From: a virus
Lineage: Duplodnaviria; Heunggongvirae; Uroviricota; Caudoviricetes
Strand: one strand, 5' to 3'
Length of the DNA: 40,323 bases
IMG/VR virus record: IMGVR_UViG_650377933_000001
Coordinates: 1 to 40,323 of that record
In this document: in pieces, positions 16,305 to 27,442 of the stretch
How the letters are laid out: each line of letters starts with the position of its first letter
Numbering within the stretch: position 1 is the stretch's first letter
Notes under the pieces: generated by a model
Databases searched by the model: none
What the model was told of the DNA's origin: nothing
Seen by the model: only the letters and a program-made list of their open reading frames with translations
Translations under genes and position numbers: made by a program

Positions 16305-16663
16305 ACGAATATCAGTTTGTGCTTCCATACCCGCCGTCGGTGAACACCTACTGGCGAAGACGGGGAAGCCAATACTACATCAGCGATAAAGGCCAGAAAT
16401 ACCGAAAAGACGTTCAGCAAATCATCCGCCAACTTAAGTTAGATATTTTCACCAAATCACGACTCCGCATCAAAGTCATCGCAGACGTTCCAGACTCCCG
16501 CCGCCGCGACCTCGACAACATCCTGAAAGGTTTACTCGACTCCCTTATCCACGCCGGATTTGCGGAAGACGACGAGCAATTCGATGACATTCGCGTAATT
16601 CGTGGTGTGAAAGTACCAGGCGGAAGGCTTGGAATAAAAATCACCGAACTGGAGAACGTATGA
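16301..16663 (+). CDS. rusA: RusA Holliday-junction resolvase
   Basis: 120 aa MNEYQFVLPYPPSVNTYWRRRGSQYYISDKGQKYRKDV... with acidic catalytic region ...RRRDLDNILKGLLDSL... Confidence 0.85.
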   Translation: MNEYQFVLPYPPSVNTYWRRRGSQYYISDKGQKYRKDVQQIIRQLKLDIFTKSRLRIKVIADVPDSRRRDLDNILKGLLDSLIHAGFAEDDEQFDDIRVIRGVKVPGGRLGIKITELENV

Positions 16664-16848
16664 ACGCCACAATTCAAACGATACCAGAGCTTCTTATCCA
16701 GACACGAGGCAATCAGACCGAAGTGGCGAGGATGCTTTCCTGCGCAAGAGGAACAGTGCTCAAGTACAACCGAGACAGCAAAGGCGAGCGTCACGTAATA
16801 GTTAACGGCGTCCTGATGGTCACGCCAGGCAAAAAGGGAAGACGATGA
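16660..16848 (+). CDS. ninH: NinH-like protein
   Basis: 62 aa ...IPELLIQTRGNQTEVARMLSCARGTVLKYNRD... resembling lambda NinH; start overlaps the rusA stop. Confidence 0.65.
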   Translation: MNATIQTIPELLIQTRGNQTEVARMLSCARGTVLKYNRDSKGERHVIVNGVLMVTPGKKGRR

Positions 16849-17468
16849 GACTCGAAAGCGTAGCTAAATTTCATTCGCCAAAAAGCCCGATGATGAGCGA
16901 CTCACCACGGGCTACGGCTTCTGACTCTCTTTCCGGTACTGATGTGATGGCTGCTATGGGGATGGCGCAATCACAAGCCGGATTCGGTATGGCTGCATTC
17001 TGCGGCAAGCATGAACTCAGCCAGAACGACAAACAAAAGGCTATCAACTATCTGATGCAATTTGCACACAAGGTATCGGGGAAATACCGTGGCGTTGCAA
17101 AGCTTGAAGGAAATACTAAGGCAAAGGTACTGCAAGTGCTCGCAACATTCGCTTATGCGGATTATTGCCGTAGTGCCGCGACGCCGGGCGCAAGATGCAG
17201 AGATTGCCACGGTACAGGCCGTGCGGTTGATATAGCCAAAACAGAGCAGTGGGGGAGAGTTGTTGAGAAAGAGTGCGGAAGATGCAAAGGTGTCGGCTAT
17301 TCAAGAATGCCAGCAAGCGCCGCATATCGCGCTGTAACGATGCTAATCCCAAACCTTACTCAACCCACCTGGTCACGCACTGTTAAGCCGCTGTATGACG
17401 CTCTGGTGGTGCAATGCCACAAAGAAGAGTCAATCGCAGACAACATTTTGAATGCGGTCACACGTTAA
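16845..17468 (+). CDS. Q: Late-gene antiterminator Q (lambda type)
   Basis: 207 aa, matching recalled lambda Q throughout, including the zinc-binding CRDCHGTG...CGRCKG; directly upstream of pR'. Confidence 0.85.
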   Translation: MRLESVAKFHSPKSPMMSDSPRATASDSLSGTDVMAAMGMAQSQAGFGMAAFCGKHELSQNDKQKAINYLMQFAHKVSGKYRGVAKLEGNTKAKVLQVLATFAYADYCRSAATPGARCRDCHGTGRAVDIAKTEQWGRVVEKECGRCKGVGYSRMPASAAYRAVTMLIPNLTQPTWSRTVKPLYDALVVQCHKEESIADNILNAVTR

Positions 17469-17510
17469 CAGCATGATTGCCACGGATGGCAACATATTAA
17501 CGGCATGATA

Positions 17511-17539
17511 TTGACTTTTTGAATAAAGTTGGGTAAATT
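17511..17539 (+). promoter_or_regulatory. Late promoter pR'
   Basis: -35 TTGACT (17511-17516), 17-nt spacer, -10 TAAATT (17534-17539); context matches recalled lambda pR'/qut. Confidence 0.6.
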
Positions 17540-17574
17540 TGACCAAACGATGGATAAATGCACTCGTTAAATAA

Positions 17575-17604
17575 AGCCCTGAGTTAATAGCTCGGGGCTT
17601 TTTG
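17575..17604 (+). terminator. tR' terminator (Q-antiterminated; end of the 6S-like leader RNA)
   Basis: AGCCCTGAG-loop-CTCGGGGCT (one G-U pair) followed by TTTTT, ~40-50 nt downstream of pR'. Confidence 0.6.
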
Positions 17605-17901
17605 CGTTTTAATCACGACCTTTCTGAAAGCACATCAACCCAAATACCAGACAGACAAAAATAATCACCTTATCCGCTGTGGCTACGGTGCGGTGTGCTT
17701 TGCATAAAAGAAAACCAGCGTAATGGCTGGCTTCGTGAAAGCGGGTGGCGTGAGGTTGCGCTAACAACCTCCTGCCGTTTTGCCCGTGCATATCGGTCAC
17801 GAACAAATCTGATTACTAAACACAGTAGCCTGGATTTGTTCTATCAGTAATCGACCTTATTCCTAATTAAATAGAGCAAATCCCCTTATTGGGGGTAAGA
17901 C

Positions 17902-18225
17902 ATGAAGATGCCAGAAAAACATGACCTGTTAGCCGCCATTCTCGCGGCAAAGGAACAAGGCATCGGGGCAATACTTGCGTTTGCAATGGCGTACCTTCGC
18001 GGCAGATATAATGGCGGTGCGTTTACAAAAACAGTAATCGACGCAACGATGTGCGCCATTATCGCCTGGTTCATTCGTGACCTTCTCGACTTCGCCGGAC
18101 TAAGTAGCAATCTCGCTTATATAACGAGCGTGTTCATCGGCTACATCGGTACTGACTCGATTGGTTCGCTTATCAAACGCTTCGCTGCTAAAAAAGCCGG
18201 AGTAGAAGATGGTGGAAATCAATAA
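17902..18225 (+). CDS. S: Holin S (lambda type, dual-start)
   Basis: 107-aa translation [39 protein letters not shown]... matches recalled lambda S, with Met1 and Met3 dual start. Confidence 0.9.
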   Translation: MKMPEKHDLLAAILAAKEQGIGAILAFAMAYLRGRYNGGAFTKTVIDATMCAIIAWFIRDLLDFAGLSSNLAYITSVFIGYIGTDSIGSLIKRFAAKKAGVEDGGNQ

Positions 18226-18685
18226 TCAACGTAAGGCGTTCCTCGATATGCTGGCGTGGTCAGAGGGAACTGATAACGGACGTCAGAAAACCAGAAATCA
18301 TGGTTATGACGTCATTGTAGGCGGAGAGCTATTTACCGATTACTCCGATCACCCTCGCAAACTTGTCACGCTAAACCCAAAACTCAAATCAACAGCAGCA
18401 GGACGTTACCAGCTTCTTTCCCGTTGGTGGGATGCATACCGTAAGCAGCTTGGGCTGAAAGACTTCTCTCCGAAAAGCCAGGACGCTGTTGCACTACAGC
18501 AGATTAAAGAGCGTGGCGCTTTACCGATGATTGATCGCGGTGATATTCGTCAGGCTATCGACCGTTGCAGCAATATCTGGGCTTCACTGCCGGGCGCTGG
18601 TTATGGTCAGTTCGAGCATAAGGCTGACAGCCTGATTGTAAAATTCAAAGAAGCAGGCGGAACGGTCAGAGAGATTGAGGTATGA
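18209..18685 (+). CDS. R: Endolysin R (lytic transglycosylase)
   Basis: 158-aa translation [42 protein letters not shown]... matches recalled lambda R. Confidence 0.9.
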   Translation: MVEINNQRKAFLDMLAWSEGTDNGRQKTRNHGYDVIVGGELFTDYSDHPRKLVTLNPKLKSTAAGRYQLLSRWWDAYRKQLGLKDFSPKSQDAVALQQIKERGALPMIDRGDIRQAIDRCSNIWASLPGAGYGQFEHKADSLIVKFKEAGGTVREIEV

Positions 18686-19149
18686 GCAGAGTAACCGCGA
18701 TTATCTCCGCTCTGGTTATCTGCATCATCGTCTGCCTGTCATGGGCTGTTAATCATTACCGTGATAACGCCATCGCCTACAAAGAACAGCGAGATAAAAA
18801 AGTCAGTGAGCTGAAGCAGGCGACCGCCACCATTACTGACATGCAGCAGCGCCAGCGTTCTGCTGATGCACTCGATGCTAAATACACGAAGGAGTTAGCT
18901 GATGCGAAAGCTGAAAATGATGCTCTTCGGCGCAAGCTTGATAATGGTGGTCGGGTGTTCGTCAAAGGAAAATGCCCTGTGCCATCCTCAGCCGAAACCT
19001 CCAGCACCTCCGGCATGGGCAATGATGCCACCGTCGAACTCTCTCCAGTTGCTGGACGAAACGTTCTCGGTATCCGGGACGGAATCATCAGCGACCAAAC
19101 AGCACTGAGAACGCTTCAGGAATACATCAGGACGCAATGCCTTCGATGA
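18682..19149 (+). CDS. Rz: Rz inner-membrane spanin
   Basis: 155 aa with N-terminal TM segment and coiled-coil periplasmic domain; follows R as in lambda. Confidence 0.85.
   Translation: MSRVTAIISALVICIIVCLSWAVNHYRDNAIAYKEQRDKKVSELKQATATITDMQQRQRSADALDAKYTKELADAKAENDALRRKLDNGGRVFVKGKCPVPSSAETSSTSGMGNDATVELSPVAGRNVLGIRDGIISDQTALRTLQEYIRTQCLR
18902..19108 (+). CDS. Rz1: Rz1 outer-membrane lipoprotein spanin (embedded in Rz, +1 frame)
   Basis: ORF inside Rz in another frame; signal peptide with lipobox ...MVVGCSS, Pro-rich mature part ([11 protein letters not shown]). Confidence 0.7.
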   Translation: MRKLKMMLFGASLIMVVGCSSKENALCHPQPKPPAPPAWAMMPPSNSLQLLDETFSVSGTESSATKQH

Positions 19150-19304
19150 TAGCGATAATTTTACTCATCATCCTTCACATCTGGCTCTGTAGACAGGGTG
19201 GTGATCGCTTCTGGAGTGAATCCAGATTAAACATCTCATTGCTGATGCTTGATATTGAGCATCTGGCGCGCGGTAAGGGGCTGCGTTGAGATAAGAGCCA
19301 GTTC

Positions 19305-19339
19305 ATTACAAAGCCTATCTACGGGTGGGCTTGATAATG
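19305..19339. repeat. Copy 1 of a ~37-bp stem-loop motif upstream of the 19528-19908 gene
   Basis: ATTACAAAGCCTATCTACGGGTGGGCTTGATAATG; AAGCC...GGCTT can pair. Confidence 0.5.
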
Positions 19340-19527
19340 AAACCGGAATTTATTCTGGGTAACCAGTTACGGCAGTACAGCGAAACAACCCAAGCCAGTA
19401 AGTGGGGAAATAACACTGGCAGCCACTGAAAGATGAACCTCCTGCCTTATGGCAAAAAAGATTCTTTGTGGTGGCGGACTGATGGAAAGACATCCTAATC
19501 AAGCAACCACTCTACAGGGTCATAATT

Positions 19528-19908
19528 ATGAACGACCAGCAAATCGAAAAAGAAATCGTTGAGAAAGGCAAAACCGCTCCGCGAGTTACCCCGCAGCACA
19601 TCGAAGACGTGATTAAAAGCGAGCATTACTTTACTGCTTATGATGGACGAAATGGTGCCATTTCCAGCAACGAATATTGTGGCAGGGAAAAACCAGAAGA
19701 AGGCGATCGTGATTTATCACCATTGAAGCTGCTCACTTTCTGCGTACTGGTGCTGAAGAATGGCTTCACCGTCACCGGAGAGAGTGCCTGTGCAAGCCCG
19801 GAAAACTTTGATGCAGAAATTGGTCGGAAGATTGCCCGGCAAAATGCTGTAAACAAAATCTGGATGCTCGAAGGTTACTTGCTGAAGCAGAAGCTAAGCG
19901 AACAGTAG
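19528..19908 (+). CDS. Hypothetical protein (126 aa)
   Basis: Intact ORF between the lysis cassette and small terminase, flanked by the two motif copies. Possible resemblance to Gp49-type phage proteins is from memory only. Confidence 0.45.
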   Translation: MNDQQIEKEIVEKGKTAPRVTPQHIEDVIKSEHYFTAYDGRNGAISSNEYCGREKPEEGDRDLSPLKLLTFCVLVLKNGFTVTGESACASPENFDAEIGRKIARQNAVNKIWMLEGYLLKQKLSEQ

Positions 19909-19910
19909 TT

Positions 19911-19949
19911 ATTACAAAAGCCATTCCCTACAGAGTGGCTTTGATAATG
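19911..19949. repeat. Copy 2 of the same motif, immediately downstream of the 19528-19908 gene
   Basis: ATTACAAAAGCCATTCCCTACAGAGTGGCTTTGATAATG; 7-bp stem AAAGCCA/TGGCTTT; shares ATTACAAA..GCC..CTAC.G.GTGGCTT.GATAATG with copy 1. Confidence 0.5.
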
Positions 19950-19999
19950 GCTTATACCCTACACGGGATAACTTAACTGATATCCCTTTTAACGGATAA

Positions 20000-20254
20000 A
20001 TGGAGCCAACAATGGCAGAGATTATTCCCATGACTGAAGAACAGAAATTCCAGTTAGAGATTTACAAGCTGGTCATGAACCAGAACGCAGCCGCAGAGGA
20101 AGCATTTCAATTTATTGGCACTGACGAGCTGAAGCTTGAGCTATTCAAAATTCACTTCCAGTCAGGCGGCGCTAATTCAGATATCACGACCCGCACTATC
20201 GAAGCGGTGCGTAAATCGAAGGAAGCGTTAGACCTGTTCACCACCGGAGCATGA
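20000..20254 (+). CDS. Hypothetical protein (84 aa)
   Basis: Intact ORF upstream of small terminase; start may be the internal MAEIIPM. Confidence 0.4.
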   Translation: MEPTMAEIIPMTEEQKFQLEIYKLVMNQNAAAEEAFQFIGTDELKLELFKIHFQSGGANSDITTRTIEAVRKSKEALDLFTTGA

Positions 20255-20283
20255 TGCTCAACCTGAAATAACAACTAAGTGAG

Positions 20284-20778
20284 ATGAATATGGCAGCACC
20301 AAAGGGCAACCGATTTTGGGAGGCCCGCAGTAGTCATGGGCGAAATCCTAAATTCGAATCGCCTGAGGCGCTGTGGGCTGCTTGTTGTGAATACTTCGAG
20401 TGGGCTGATGATAACCCGCTATGGGAGGGTAAGGTATTTTCATATCAGGGAGAAATAATTAAGGCTAATGTCCCTAAGATGCGAGCCATGACTATTTCAG
20501 GATTGTGTACCTTCCTTGATATCACCAGGCAAACATGGGGAACCTTCCGGTCAATGGAAGGTTTTTCTGACGTCACATCACGAGCGGAAGACATCATCTA
20601 CGACCAGAAATTCTCTGGCGCAGCCGCTGACCTTCTCAACGCTAACATCATCGCCCGTGATTTGGGCCTCAAAGAGCAGTCGCAAGTTGAAGACGTGACA
20701 CCTGATAAGGGAGATCGCGATAAGCGGCGCTCTCGTATCAAGGAGCTATTCAACCGTGGAACTGGACGCGATTCTTGA
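20284..20778 (+). CDS. Terminase small subunit
   Basis: 164 aa beginning M(N)[22 protein letters not shown]..., immediately upstream of and overlapping the large terminase; basic/acidic C-terminus. Confidence 0.65.
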   Translation: MNMAAPKGNRFWEARSSHGRNPKFESPEALWAACCEYFEWADDNPLWEGKVFSYQGEIIKANVPKMRAMTISGLCTFLDITRQTWGTFRSMEGFSDVTSRAEDIIYDQKFSGAAADLLNANIIARDLGLKEQSQVEDVTPDKGDRDKRRSRIKELFNRGTGRDS

Positions 20779-22255
20779 TAACCTGAGCGACGAAGAGCAA
20801 ATCGAATTGCTCGAGCTACTCGAAGAAGAAGAGAACTACCGTAACACACATCTGCTATATGAATTTACGCCATACAGCAAACAGCGTGAGTTCATCGACG
20901 CCGGGCATGACTATCCAGAGCGATGTTTTATGGCTGGTAACCAGCTTGGTAAGTCATTTACTGGTGCTGCTGAAGTCGCGTTTCACCTTACCGGGCGTTA
21001 CCCGGGCACAAAAGGCTATCCTGCTGATGGTAAATATGGCGGTGAGTGGAAAGGTAAGCGTTTCTATGAGCCTGTTGTCTTCTGGATTGGCGGCGAGACA
21101 AACGAGACGGTAACCAAAACGACTCAACGCATCCTGTGCGGTCGTATCGAAGAGAATGATGAGCCTGGCTACGGTTCCATACCGAAAGAAGACATCATTA
21201 GCTGGAAGAAGTCTCCTTTCTTTCCGAACCTTGTTGATCATCTTCTGGTTAAGCATCACACGGCTGATGGCGTTGAAGATGGAATTTCAATCTGCTACTT
21301 CAAACCATACTCGCAAGGCCGTGCTCGCTGGCAGGGTGACACAATCCACGGCGTGTGGTTTGACGAAGAACCACCATACAGCATTTATGGTGAAGGCCTT
21401 ACCCGTACCAACAAATACGGGCAATTCTCAATTCTGACGTTTACCCCGCTGATGGGGATGTCTGACGTTGTTACCAAGTTCCTGAAGAATCCCAGCAAGT
21501 CGCAGAAAGTGGTCAACATGACCATCTATGACGCTGAGCACTACACAGACGAACAGAAAGAGCAAATCATCGCATCCTATCCCGAGCATGAGAGAGAGGC
21601 GCGTGCTCGCGGTATTCCTACGATGGGTAGTGGTCGAATCTTCCAGATACCGGAAGAGACGATTAAGTGTCAGCCGTTCGAGTGTCCTGATCACTTCTAC
21701 GTAATTGGCGGGATGGATTTCGGATGGGATCACCCGCAGGCGCAGGTTCAGCTTTGGTGGGATAAGGACGCAGACACAATCTACGTTTCACGCGTGTGGA
21801 AGGCGAAAGAAAAAACAGCGGTTCAGGCATGGGGAGCTGTTAAATCATGGGCGCATAAAGTGCCAACCGCATGGCCTCATGACGGAAACCAGCATGAGAA
21901 GGGCGGCGGTGAGCAGCTCAAAGGGCAGTATGCAGACGCTGGATTTATGATGTTACAGGAGCATGCAACATGGCCTGATGGAGGTAATGCTGTTGAGCCT
22001 GGCATCACTGAATTGCGCGACATGATGCTCGATGGTCGCTTCAAAGTATTCAACACCTGTGAGCCATTCTTTGAGGAGTTCCGCCTCTATCACCGTGATG
22101 AAAACGGGAAAATCGTCAAGCTTAACGACGACGTTCTCTCAGCCGTTCGCTATGCATACATGATGCGCCGCTTTGCCAAAATGATGCGCGATATCAAAAA
22201 ACCAAAAGAGAAAAAGATACCAGCCCCAATCAGGCCCATCGCACGGAGAACTTAA
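20756..22255 (+). CDS. Terminase large subunit
   Basis: 499 aa with ATPase Walker A-like GNQLGKS and a C-terminal nuclease domain; follows the small subunit and precedes portal. Confidence 0.9.
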   Translation: MELDAILDNLSDEEQIELLELLEEEENYRNTHLLYEFTPYSKQREFIDAGHDYPERCFMAGNQLGKSFTGAAEVAFHLTGRYPGTKGYPADGKYGGEWKGKRFYEPVVFWIGGETNETVTKTTQRILCGRIEENDEPGYGSIPKEDIISWKKSPFFPNLVDHLLVKHHTADGVEDGISICYFKPYSQGRARWQGDTIHGVWFDEEPPYSIYGEGLTRTNKYGQFSILTFTPLMGMSDVVTKFLKNPSKSQKVVNMTIYDAEHYTDEQKEQIIASYPEHEREARARGIPTMGSGRIFQIPEETIKCQPFECPDHFYVIGGMDFGWDHPQAQVQLWWDKDADTIYVSRVWKAKEKTAVQAWGAVKSWAHKVPTAWPHDGNQHEKGGGEQLKGQYADAGFMMLQEHATWPDGGNAVEPGITELRDMMLDGRFKVFNTCEPFFEEFRLYHRDENGKIVKLNDDVLSAVRYAYMMRRFAKMMRDIKKPKEKKIPAPIRPIARRT

Positions 22256-24421
22256 ATGGCCGACGAAAACAGACTCAATTCCATTCTGTGCAAGTTTGAC
22301 GCGGACTGGATGGCGAGCGATGAAGCCAGAACCGAGGCGACAAATGACCTGTATTTTAGCCGAGTGTCGCAATGGGATGACTGGCTATCAAACTACACCA
22401 CCCTGCAATATCGCGGACAATTCGATGTTGTTCGCCCGGTGGTCAGGAAACTGGTCGCAGAGATGCGTCGGAACCCTATCGACGTTCTATTCAGACCCAA
22501 AGACGGCGCTAATCCTGATGCAGCCGATGTGTTGATGGGGATGTATCGTACTGATATGCGCCATAACACGGCAAAGATTGCCGTTAACGTTGGCGTTCGT
22601 GAGCAGATAGAGTCCGGCGTTGGTGCATGGCGCCTGGTCACACAGTACGAAGACAACGACCCAACAAGCAACAATCAGGTAATTCGACGCCTGCCAATTC
22701 ATGAAGCCTGCTCACACGTCATATGGGACGCCAACAGCAAGCAGATGGATAAGAGCGACGCTAAGCACTGCACGGTGATTAACGCCTTGTCGCGCAATGG
22801 CTGGAAAGAGTTCGCAGAGGATTACGGTATTGATCCTGACACCCTGCCATCTTTCCAGAATCCGAACGACACATGGCTGTTTCCGTGGGTATCGAATGAT
22901 GTCGTCTACGTCGCTGAGTATTACGAGGTAGAAGAGAAGAAGGAGAAAGTCTTCATCTACCGCGACCCGTTGACAGGTGAGCCAGTCAGCTATTACCAGC
23001 AGGATATTAAAGACGTTATCGACGACCTGGCTAATCGTGGATTCATTAAGGTAGCAGAGCGCAAGGTGAAGCGTCGTCGTGTGTATAAGTCGATCATCAC
23101 CTGCACGCAGATACTGAAGGACCGAGAAAAGATAGCCGGAGAGCATATCCCAATCGTTCCAGTGTATGGAGAATGGTCATTCGCTGGTGACAAGGAGTGC
23201 TACGAGGGAGTGGTAAGGCTGACGAAAGACGGTCAACGCCTTCGTAACATGATCATGTCGTTCAACGCCGATATTGTTGCTCGTTCACCGAAGAAGAAAC
23301 CGACCTTCTTCCCTGAGCAAATCGAAGGCTACGAATACATGTACGGTGGAAATGATGACTATCCGTACTATCTGCAGAACAGGACCGATGAAAACGGTAA
23401 CGACCTGCCGATTGGTCCAATCTCCTACATGGAAAACCCTGAAGTGCCGCAAGCCAACGCTTACATGCTTGAGGCTGCCACCAACGCAGTGAAAGAGGTG
23501 GCTAGTCTTGGTGTGGATGCGCAGGCAGCAAACTCTCAGGTCGCTTTCGATACCGTCAATCAACTGAACATGCGGGCAGACCTTGAGACATACGTGTTTC
23601 AGGATAACCTGGCTACCGCAATGCGACGTGATGGCGAGATTTATGCCTCAATGGTCAACGATATTTATGACGTTCCTCGTCATGTAACGCTGACACTTGA
23701 AGATGGTAGCGAGAAAGACGTTCAACTCTACGCGCAAGTTGTAGATTACCAGTCCGGTAATGTGGTCACACTCAACGACATTCGCGGTCGCTATGAGTGC
23801 TATACAGACGTTGGACCATCCTTCCAGAGTATGAAGGAACAGAACCGCGCAGAGATTCAGGAGTTACTCACCAAGGTTCCGCAAGGTACTCCAGAGTTCC
23901 AGATGCTGATGCTGCAATACTTCACGCTGCTTGACGGTAAAGGCGTTGAGATGATGCGAGAGTACGCGAACAAGCAACTGGTGATGATGGGGCTGAAGAA
24001 ACCAGAAACACCTGAAGAGATGGAGATGGTACAGCAGGCACAACAACAGCCGCAGCAGCCATCAGCAGAGCAAATTCAGGCGCAGGGTATCCTTCTGCAA
24101 GGTCAGGCTGAATTGCTCAAGGCAGAGAACCAACAGGCGCAGATTCAGGTTGAAGCTGCCAAGGTTGAAGCCCAAAACCAACTCAACGCCGCGAAGATTG
24201 CAGAAATCTTCAACAATATGGACCTCGACAAGCAGGCAGAGCTGCGTGAGTACCTCAAGCTCGTAGGTCAATTCCAGCAACAGCGCAGCAAAGATGCTCG
24301 TGCTAACGCTGAGCTGCTTCTTAAAGATGCAGACCAGACTCATTCACAACGCATGGATTTCGCGAATCTTATGCGTCAAGTTCAAATCCCCTCCGGCGGA
24401 GTAGCCGAGACACCTCAATAA
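22256..24421 (+). CDS. Portal protein (P22 gp1 type)
   Basis: 721-aa translation [43 protein letters not shown]... closely matches recalled P22 portal along its length, including the Gln-rich C-terminal barrel. Confidence 0.95.
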   Translation: MADENRLNSILCKFDADWMASDEARTEATNDLYFSRVSQWDDWLSNYTTLQYRGQFDVVRPVVRKLVAEMRRNPIDVLFRPKDGANPDAADVLMGMYRTDMRHNTAKIAVNVGVREQIESGVGAWRLVTQYEDNDPTSNNQVIRRLPIHEACSHVIWDANSKQMDKSDAKHCTVINALSRNGWKEFAEDYGIDPDTLPSFQNPNDTWLFPWVSNDVVYVAEYYEVEEKKEKVFIYRDPLTGEPVSYYQQDIKDVIDDLANRGFIKVAERKVKRRRVYKSIITCTQILKDREKIAGEHIPIVPVYGEWSFAGDKECYEGVVRLTKDGQRLRNMIMSFNADIVARSPKKKPTFFPEQIEGYEYMYGGNDDYPYYLQNRTDENGNDLPIGPISYMENPEVPQANAYMLEAATNAVKEVASLGVDAQAANSQVAFDTVNQLNMRADLETYVFQDNLATAMRRDGEIYASMVNDIYDVPRHVTLTLEDGSEKDVQLYAQVVDYQSGNVVTLNDIRGRYECYTDVGPSFQSMKEQNRAEIQELLTKVPQGTPEFQMLMLQYFTLLDGKGVEMMREYANKQLVMMGLKKPETPEEMEMVQQAQQQPQQPSAEQIQAQGILLQGQAELLKAENQQAQIQVEAAKVEAQNQLNAAKIAEIFNNMDLDKQAELREYLKLVGQFQQQRSKDARANAELLLKDADQTHSQRMDFANLMRQVQIPSGGVAETPQ

Positions 24422-24434
24422 GAGAGAGTTAATC

Positions 24435-25355
24435 ATGGAACAAACCACCGACATTCAGGCTTCTGAAGAATTAACCCTGCCCGGCAATCATGCAGCGGCA
24501 TCTGCTGATGGCTTAGTTGTCGATAATGCCAACGACAACGCAGGTCAGGAAGAAGGCTTCGAGATTGTCCTGAAAGACGATGAGAAACCAAAACAAGACC
24601 CGGCAACTAATGCTGAATTTGCCCGTCGCCGCATCGAACGCAAACGCCAGCGTGAGCTTGAGCAGCAGATGGAAGCGGTTAAGCGAGGGGAGTTGCCGGA
24701 ACACCTGCGGGTGAACCCTGAGTTACCAAAACAACCAGACCCTAACGATTATCTTTCCGAAGATGCACTGGCTAAGTACGACTATGACCAGAGCCGCGCA
24801 CTGGCTGCCTTCCAGCAGGCAAACAGTGAATGGCAGATCAAGGCTATGGACGCACGAAGCCAGGCTGTCGCCGAGCAGGGTCGCAAAACTCAGGAGTTCA
24901 CCCAGCAATCAGCGCAATACGTCGAGGCAGCCCGTAAGCACTACGACGCAGCGGAAAAGCTCAATATCCCTGACTATCAGGAGAAAGAGGATGCATTCAT
25001 GCAACTGGTGCCGCCAGCAGTCGGTGCCGACATCATGCGCCTCTTCCCGGAGAAATCCGCTGCTCTCATGTATCACCTTGGTGCTAATCCTGAGAAAACA
25101 CGCCAGTTGCTGGCGATGGACGGGCAATCCGCGCTGATTGAACTCACTCGACTGTCAGAACGTTTAACTCTCAAGCCTCGAGCCAAGCCTGTTTCAGAAG
25201 CCCCGTTACCTGATGAACCCATTCAGGGGCACGCTGTTGCTGCAAATATCTCTGCGATTGAAAAGCAGATGGAAGCGGCAGCAAACAAAGGGGATGTAGA
25301 GACGTACCGCAAGCTTAAGGCGCAACTGAATAAAGGAATTCGACAATGGCATTAA
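24435..25355 (+). CDS. Scaffolding protein (P22 gp8 type)
   Basis: 306-aa translation [50 protein letters not shown]... matches recalled P22 gp8. Confidence 0.9.
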   Translation: MEQTTDIQASEELTLPGNHAAASADGLVVDNANDNAGQEEGFEIVLKDDEKPKQDPATNAEFARRRIERKRQRELEQQMEAVKRGELPEHLRVNPELPKQPDPNDYLSEDALAKYDYDQSRALAAFQQANSEWQIKAMDARSQAVAEQGRKTQEFTQQSAQYVEAARKHYDAAEKLNIPDYQEKEDAFMQLVPPAVGADIMRLFPEKSAALMYHLGANPEKTRQLLAMDGQSALIELTRLSERLTLKPRAKPVSEAPLPDEPIQGHAVAANISAIEKQMEAAANKGDVETYRKLKAQLNKGIRQWH

Positions 25356-26641
25356 ATGAAGGTCAACTGGTCACGTATGCTCTGGATGAAATCATCGAAA
25401 CCGTCCAGAACCTGACGCCAATGGCGTCCAAAGTGACAAAATACACCCCTCCGGCAGAATCCATGCAGCGTTCAAGCAACACCGTGTGGATGCCTGTTGA
25501 GCAGGAAGCGCCAACCCAGACTGGCTGGGATTTAACTGGCAACGCAACCGGGATTCTGGAACTCTCCGTGAAATGCAACATGGGCGATCCGGATAACGAT
25601 TTCTTCGAGCTTCGTGCAGATGACCTGCGTGATGAGCGTTCTTACCGTCGCCGCATCCAGGCATCCGCCAAAAAACTGGCGAATAACATTGAGTCAGCAA
25701 TTGCCAAACAGGCAACTGAAATGGGCTCACTTGTTGTTCACGATACCCGCGCAATTGGTCCATCTACTGGCCTGTCTGGCTGGGATTTTGTGTCTGATGC
25801 AGAGCGCCTGATGTTCTCCCGCGAGCTAAACCGCGATATGGGCATCAGTTACTTCCTGAACCCTGACGATTACCGCAAAGCAGGCCGCAACCTGGTAGAT
25901 GGTGACATCTTCGGGCGCGTTCCTGAAGAAGCATATCGCAACGGTACTATTCAGCGTCAGATTGCTGGCTTTGATGAAATTCTTCGCTCACCGAAACTTC
26001 CGGCAGTTACCAAGTCAACCGCTACTGGTGTAACTGTTTCTGGTGCGCAGAAGTTTAAGCCGCAGGCATACACCCTTGATACCGATGGTAACAAAGAGAA
26101 CGTCGACAACCGTGTTGCAACGGTGACCGTATCCTCCACCACCGGATTTAAGCGCGGCGACAAAATCAGTTTCACTGGTGTGAAATTCCTGTCTCAGATG
26201 GCGAAGAACGTGCTGACTGATGATGCGACTTTCTCAATCACCCGTGTGATCGATGGTACTCACATCGAAATCACGCCGAAACCGATTGCACTGGATGACG
26301 CGTCACTGACAAAAGAAGAGAAGGCTTACGCTAACGTAAACACCTCTCTTGCTGATACCACTCCGGTAAACGTTCTGAACGTGGCAACAACCACCGCTAA
26401 CGTGTTCTGGGCTGATGACTCAATCCGTCTGCTGTCTCAGCCGATCCCGGTAACCCATGAACTGTTTGCTGGCATGAAAACGTCTTCCTTCAGCATTCCT
26501 GGTATTGGTGTTAACGGCATCTTCGCAACGCAGGGTGATATCAACACTCTGTCTGGTAAGTGCCGTATTGCTGTGTGGTATTCAGCATGTGCTGTACGAC
26601 CAGAGGCAATTGGTGTTGGTCTGCCTAACCAGACTGCGTGA
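25346..26641 (+). CDS. Major coat protein (P22 gp5 type)
   Basis: 431-aa translation [54 protein letters not shown]... matches recalled P22 coat protein. Confidence 0.95.
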   Translation: MALNEGQLVTYALDEIIETVQNLTPMASKVTKYTPPAESMQRSSNTVWMPVEQEAPTQTGWDLTGNATGILELSVKCNMGDPDNDFFELRADDLRDERSYRRRIQASAKKLANNIESAIAKQATEMGSLVVHDTRAIGPSTGLSGWDFVSDAERLMFSRELNRDMGISYFLNPDDYRKAGRNLVDGDIFGRVPEEAYRNGTIQRQIAGFDEILRSPKLPAVTKSTATGVTVSGAQKFKPQAYTLDTDGNKENVDNRVATVTVSSTTGFKRGDKISFTGVKFLSQMAKNVLTDDATFSITRVIDGTHIEITPKPIALDDASLTKEEKAYANVNTSLADTTPVNVLNVATTTANVFWADDSIRLLSQPIPVTHELFAGMKTSSFSIPGIGVNGIFATQGDINTLSGKCRIAVWYSACAVRPEAIGVGLPNQTA

Positions 26642-26648
26642 TAACCAG

Positions 26649-26672
26649 AGGGAGCTTCGGCTCCCTTTTTTA
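26649..26672 (+). terminator. Rho-independent terminator after the coat gene
   Basis: AGGGAGC-TTCG-GCTCCCT followed by TTTTTTAT, 8 nt after the coat stop. Confidence 0.55.
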
Positions 26673-26685
26673 TCTGGAGACAAGC

Positions 26686-26941
<256 letters not shown>

Positions 26942-26964
<23 letters not shown>

Positions 26965-27442
26965 TTTAGTTCTTGCGGCATTACGTAAGCTCGGTGTGGC
27001 ATCAAATGCCACGTTAACCGATGTCGAACCGCAGTCTATGGAAGACGGCGTCAACGACCTTGAAATGATGATGGCTGAATGGCTTGGCGGTGATGCGTCA
27101 CCTGGTATCAACGTTGGCTACATTTTTGCTGATGCAGATGTTGCTCCGGATCCGGGCGATGAGCACGGTTTATCAAATAACGCTATAAATGCCGTCATTT
27201 TCAACCTTGCCTGCCGCATTGCTCCGGATTATGCGCTGGAAGCGTCAGCAAAACTTATAACCACTGCCAGATACGGGAAAGAGCGACTCGTCAAACTGTC
27301 TGCAATGGACAGAGCAAAAGCCGCTAAATGTAAGTCCGGTTATCCAAACCGTATGCCTGTTGGTAGCGGTAACCAGTTGGCGAAGTGGAACGGTTGGAAT
27401 TACTTCCACCGGAAGGAACCTTGCGATAACGGGAGCGAATAA
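26942..27442 (+). CDS. Head-completion/tail-adaptor protein (P22 gp4 type)
   Basis: 166 aa from [47 protein letters not shown]..., matching recalled P22 gp4; the track ORF upstream of this is the antisense-frame artefact of the GAGCCA repeat. Confidence 0.85.

Noticed and set aside
17609-17806. 65-aa minus-strand ORF in the late leader
   Set aside because: The region matches the lambda pR'-to-S leader as I recall it, which is noncoding; the ORF is antisense and has no RBS.
19146-19235. 29-aa hydrophobic mini-ORF overlapping the Rz stop
   Set aside because: No RBS beyond the ATGA overlap and a very short product; treated as chance in a noncoding mosaic junction.
7966-19940. Shared 10-mer CCCTACAGAG between the sieB upstream repeat (~7970) and motif copy 2 (~19925)
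   Set aside because: A single 10-nt match in 40 kb is within what chance could give; not treated as a related element without further copies.
22139-24343. Multiple short ORFs on both strands inside the portal gene (for example 22393-22674, 22712-23146, 24062-24343)
   Set aside because: All are nested within the strongly supported portal gene and lack start signals; typical alternative-frame noise.
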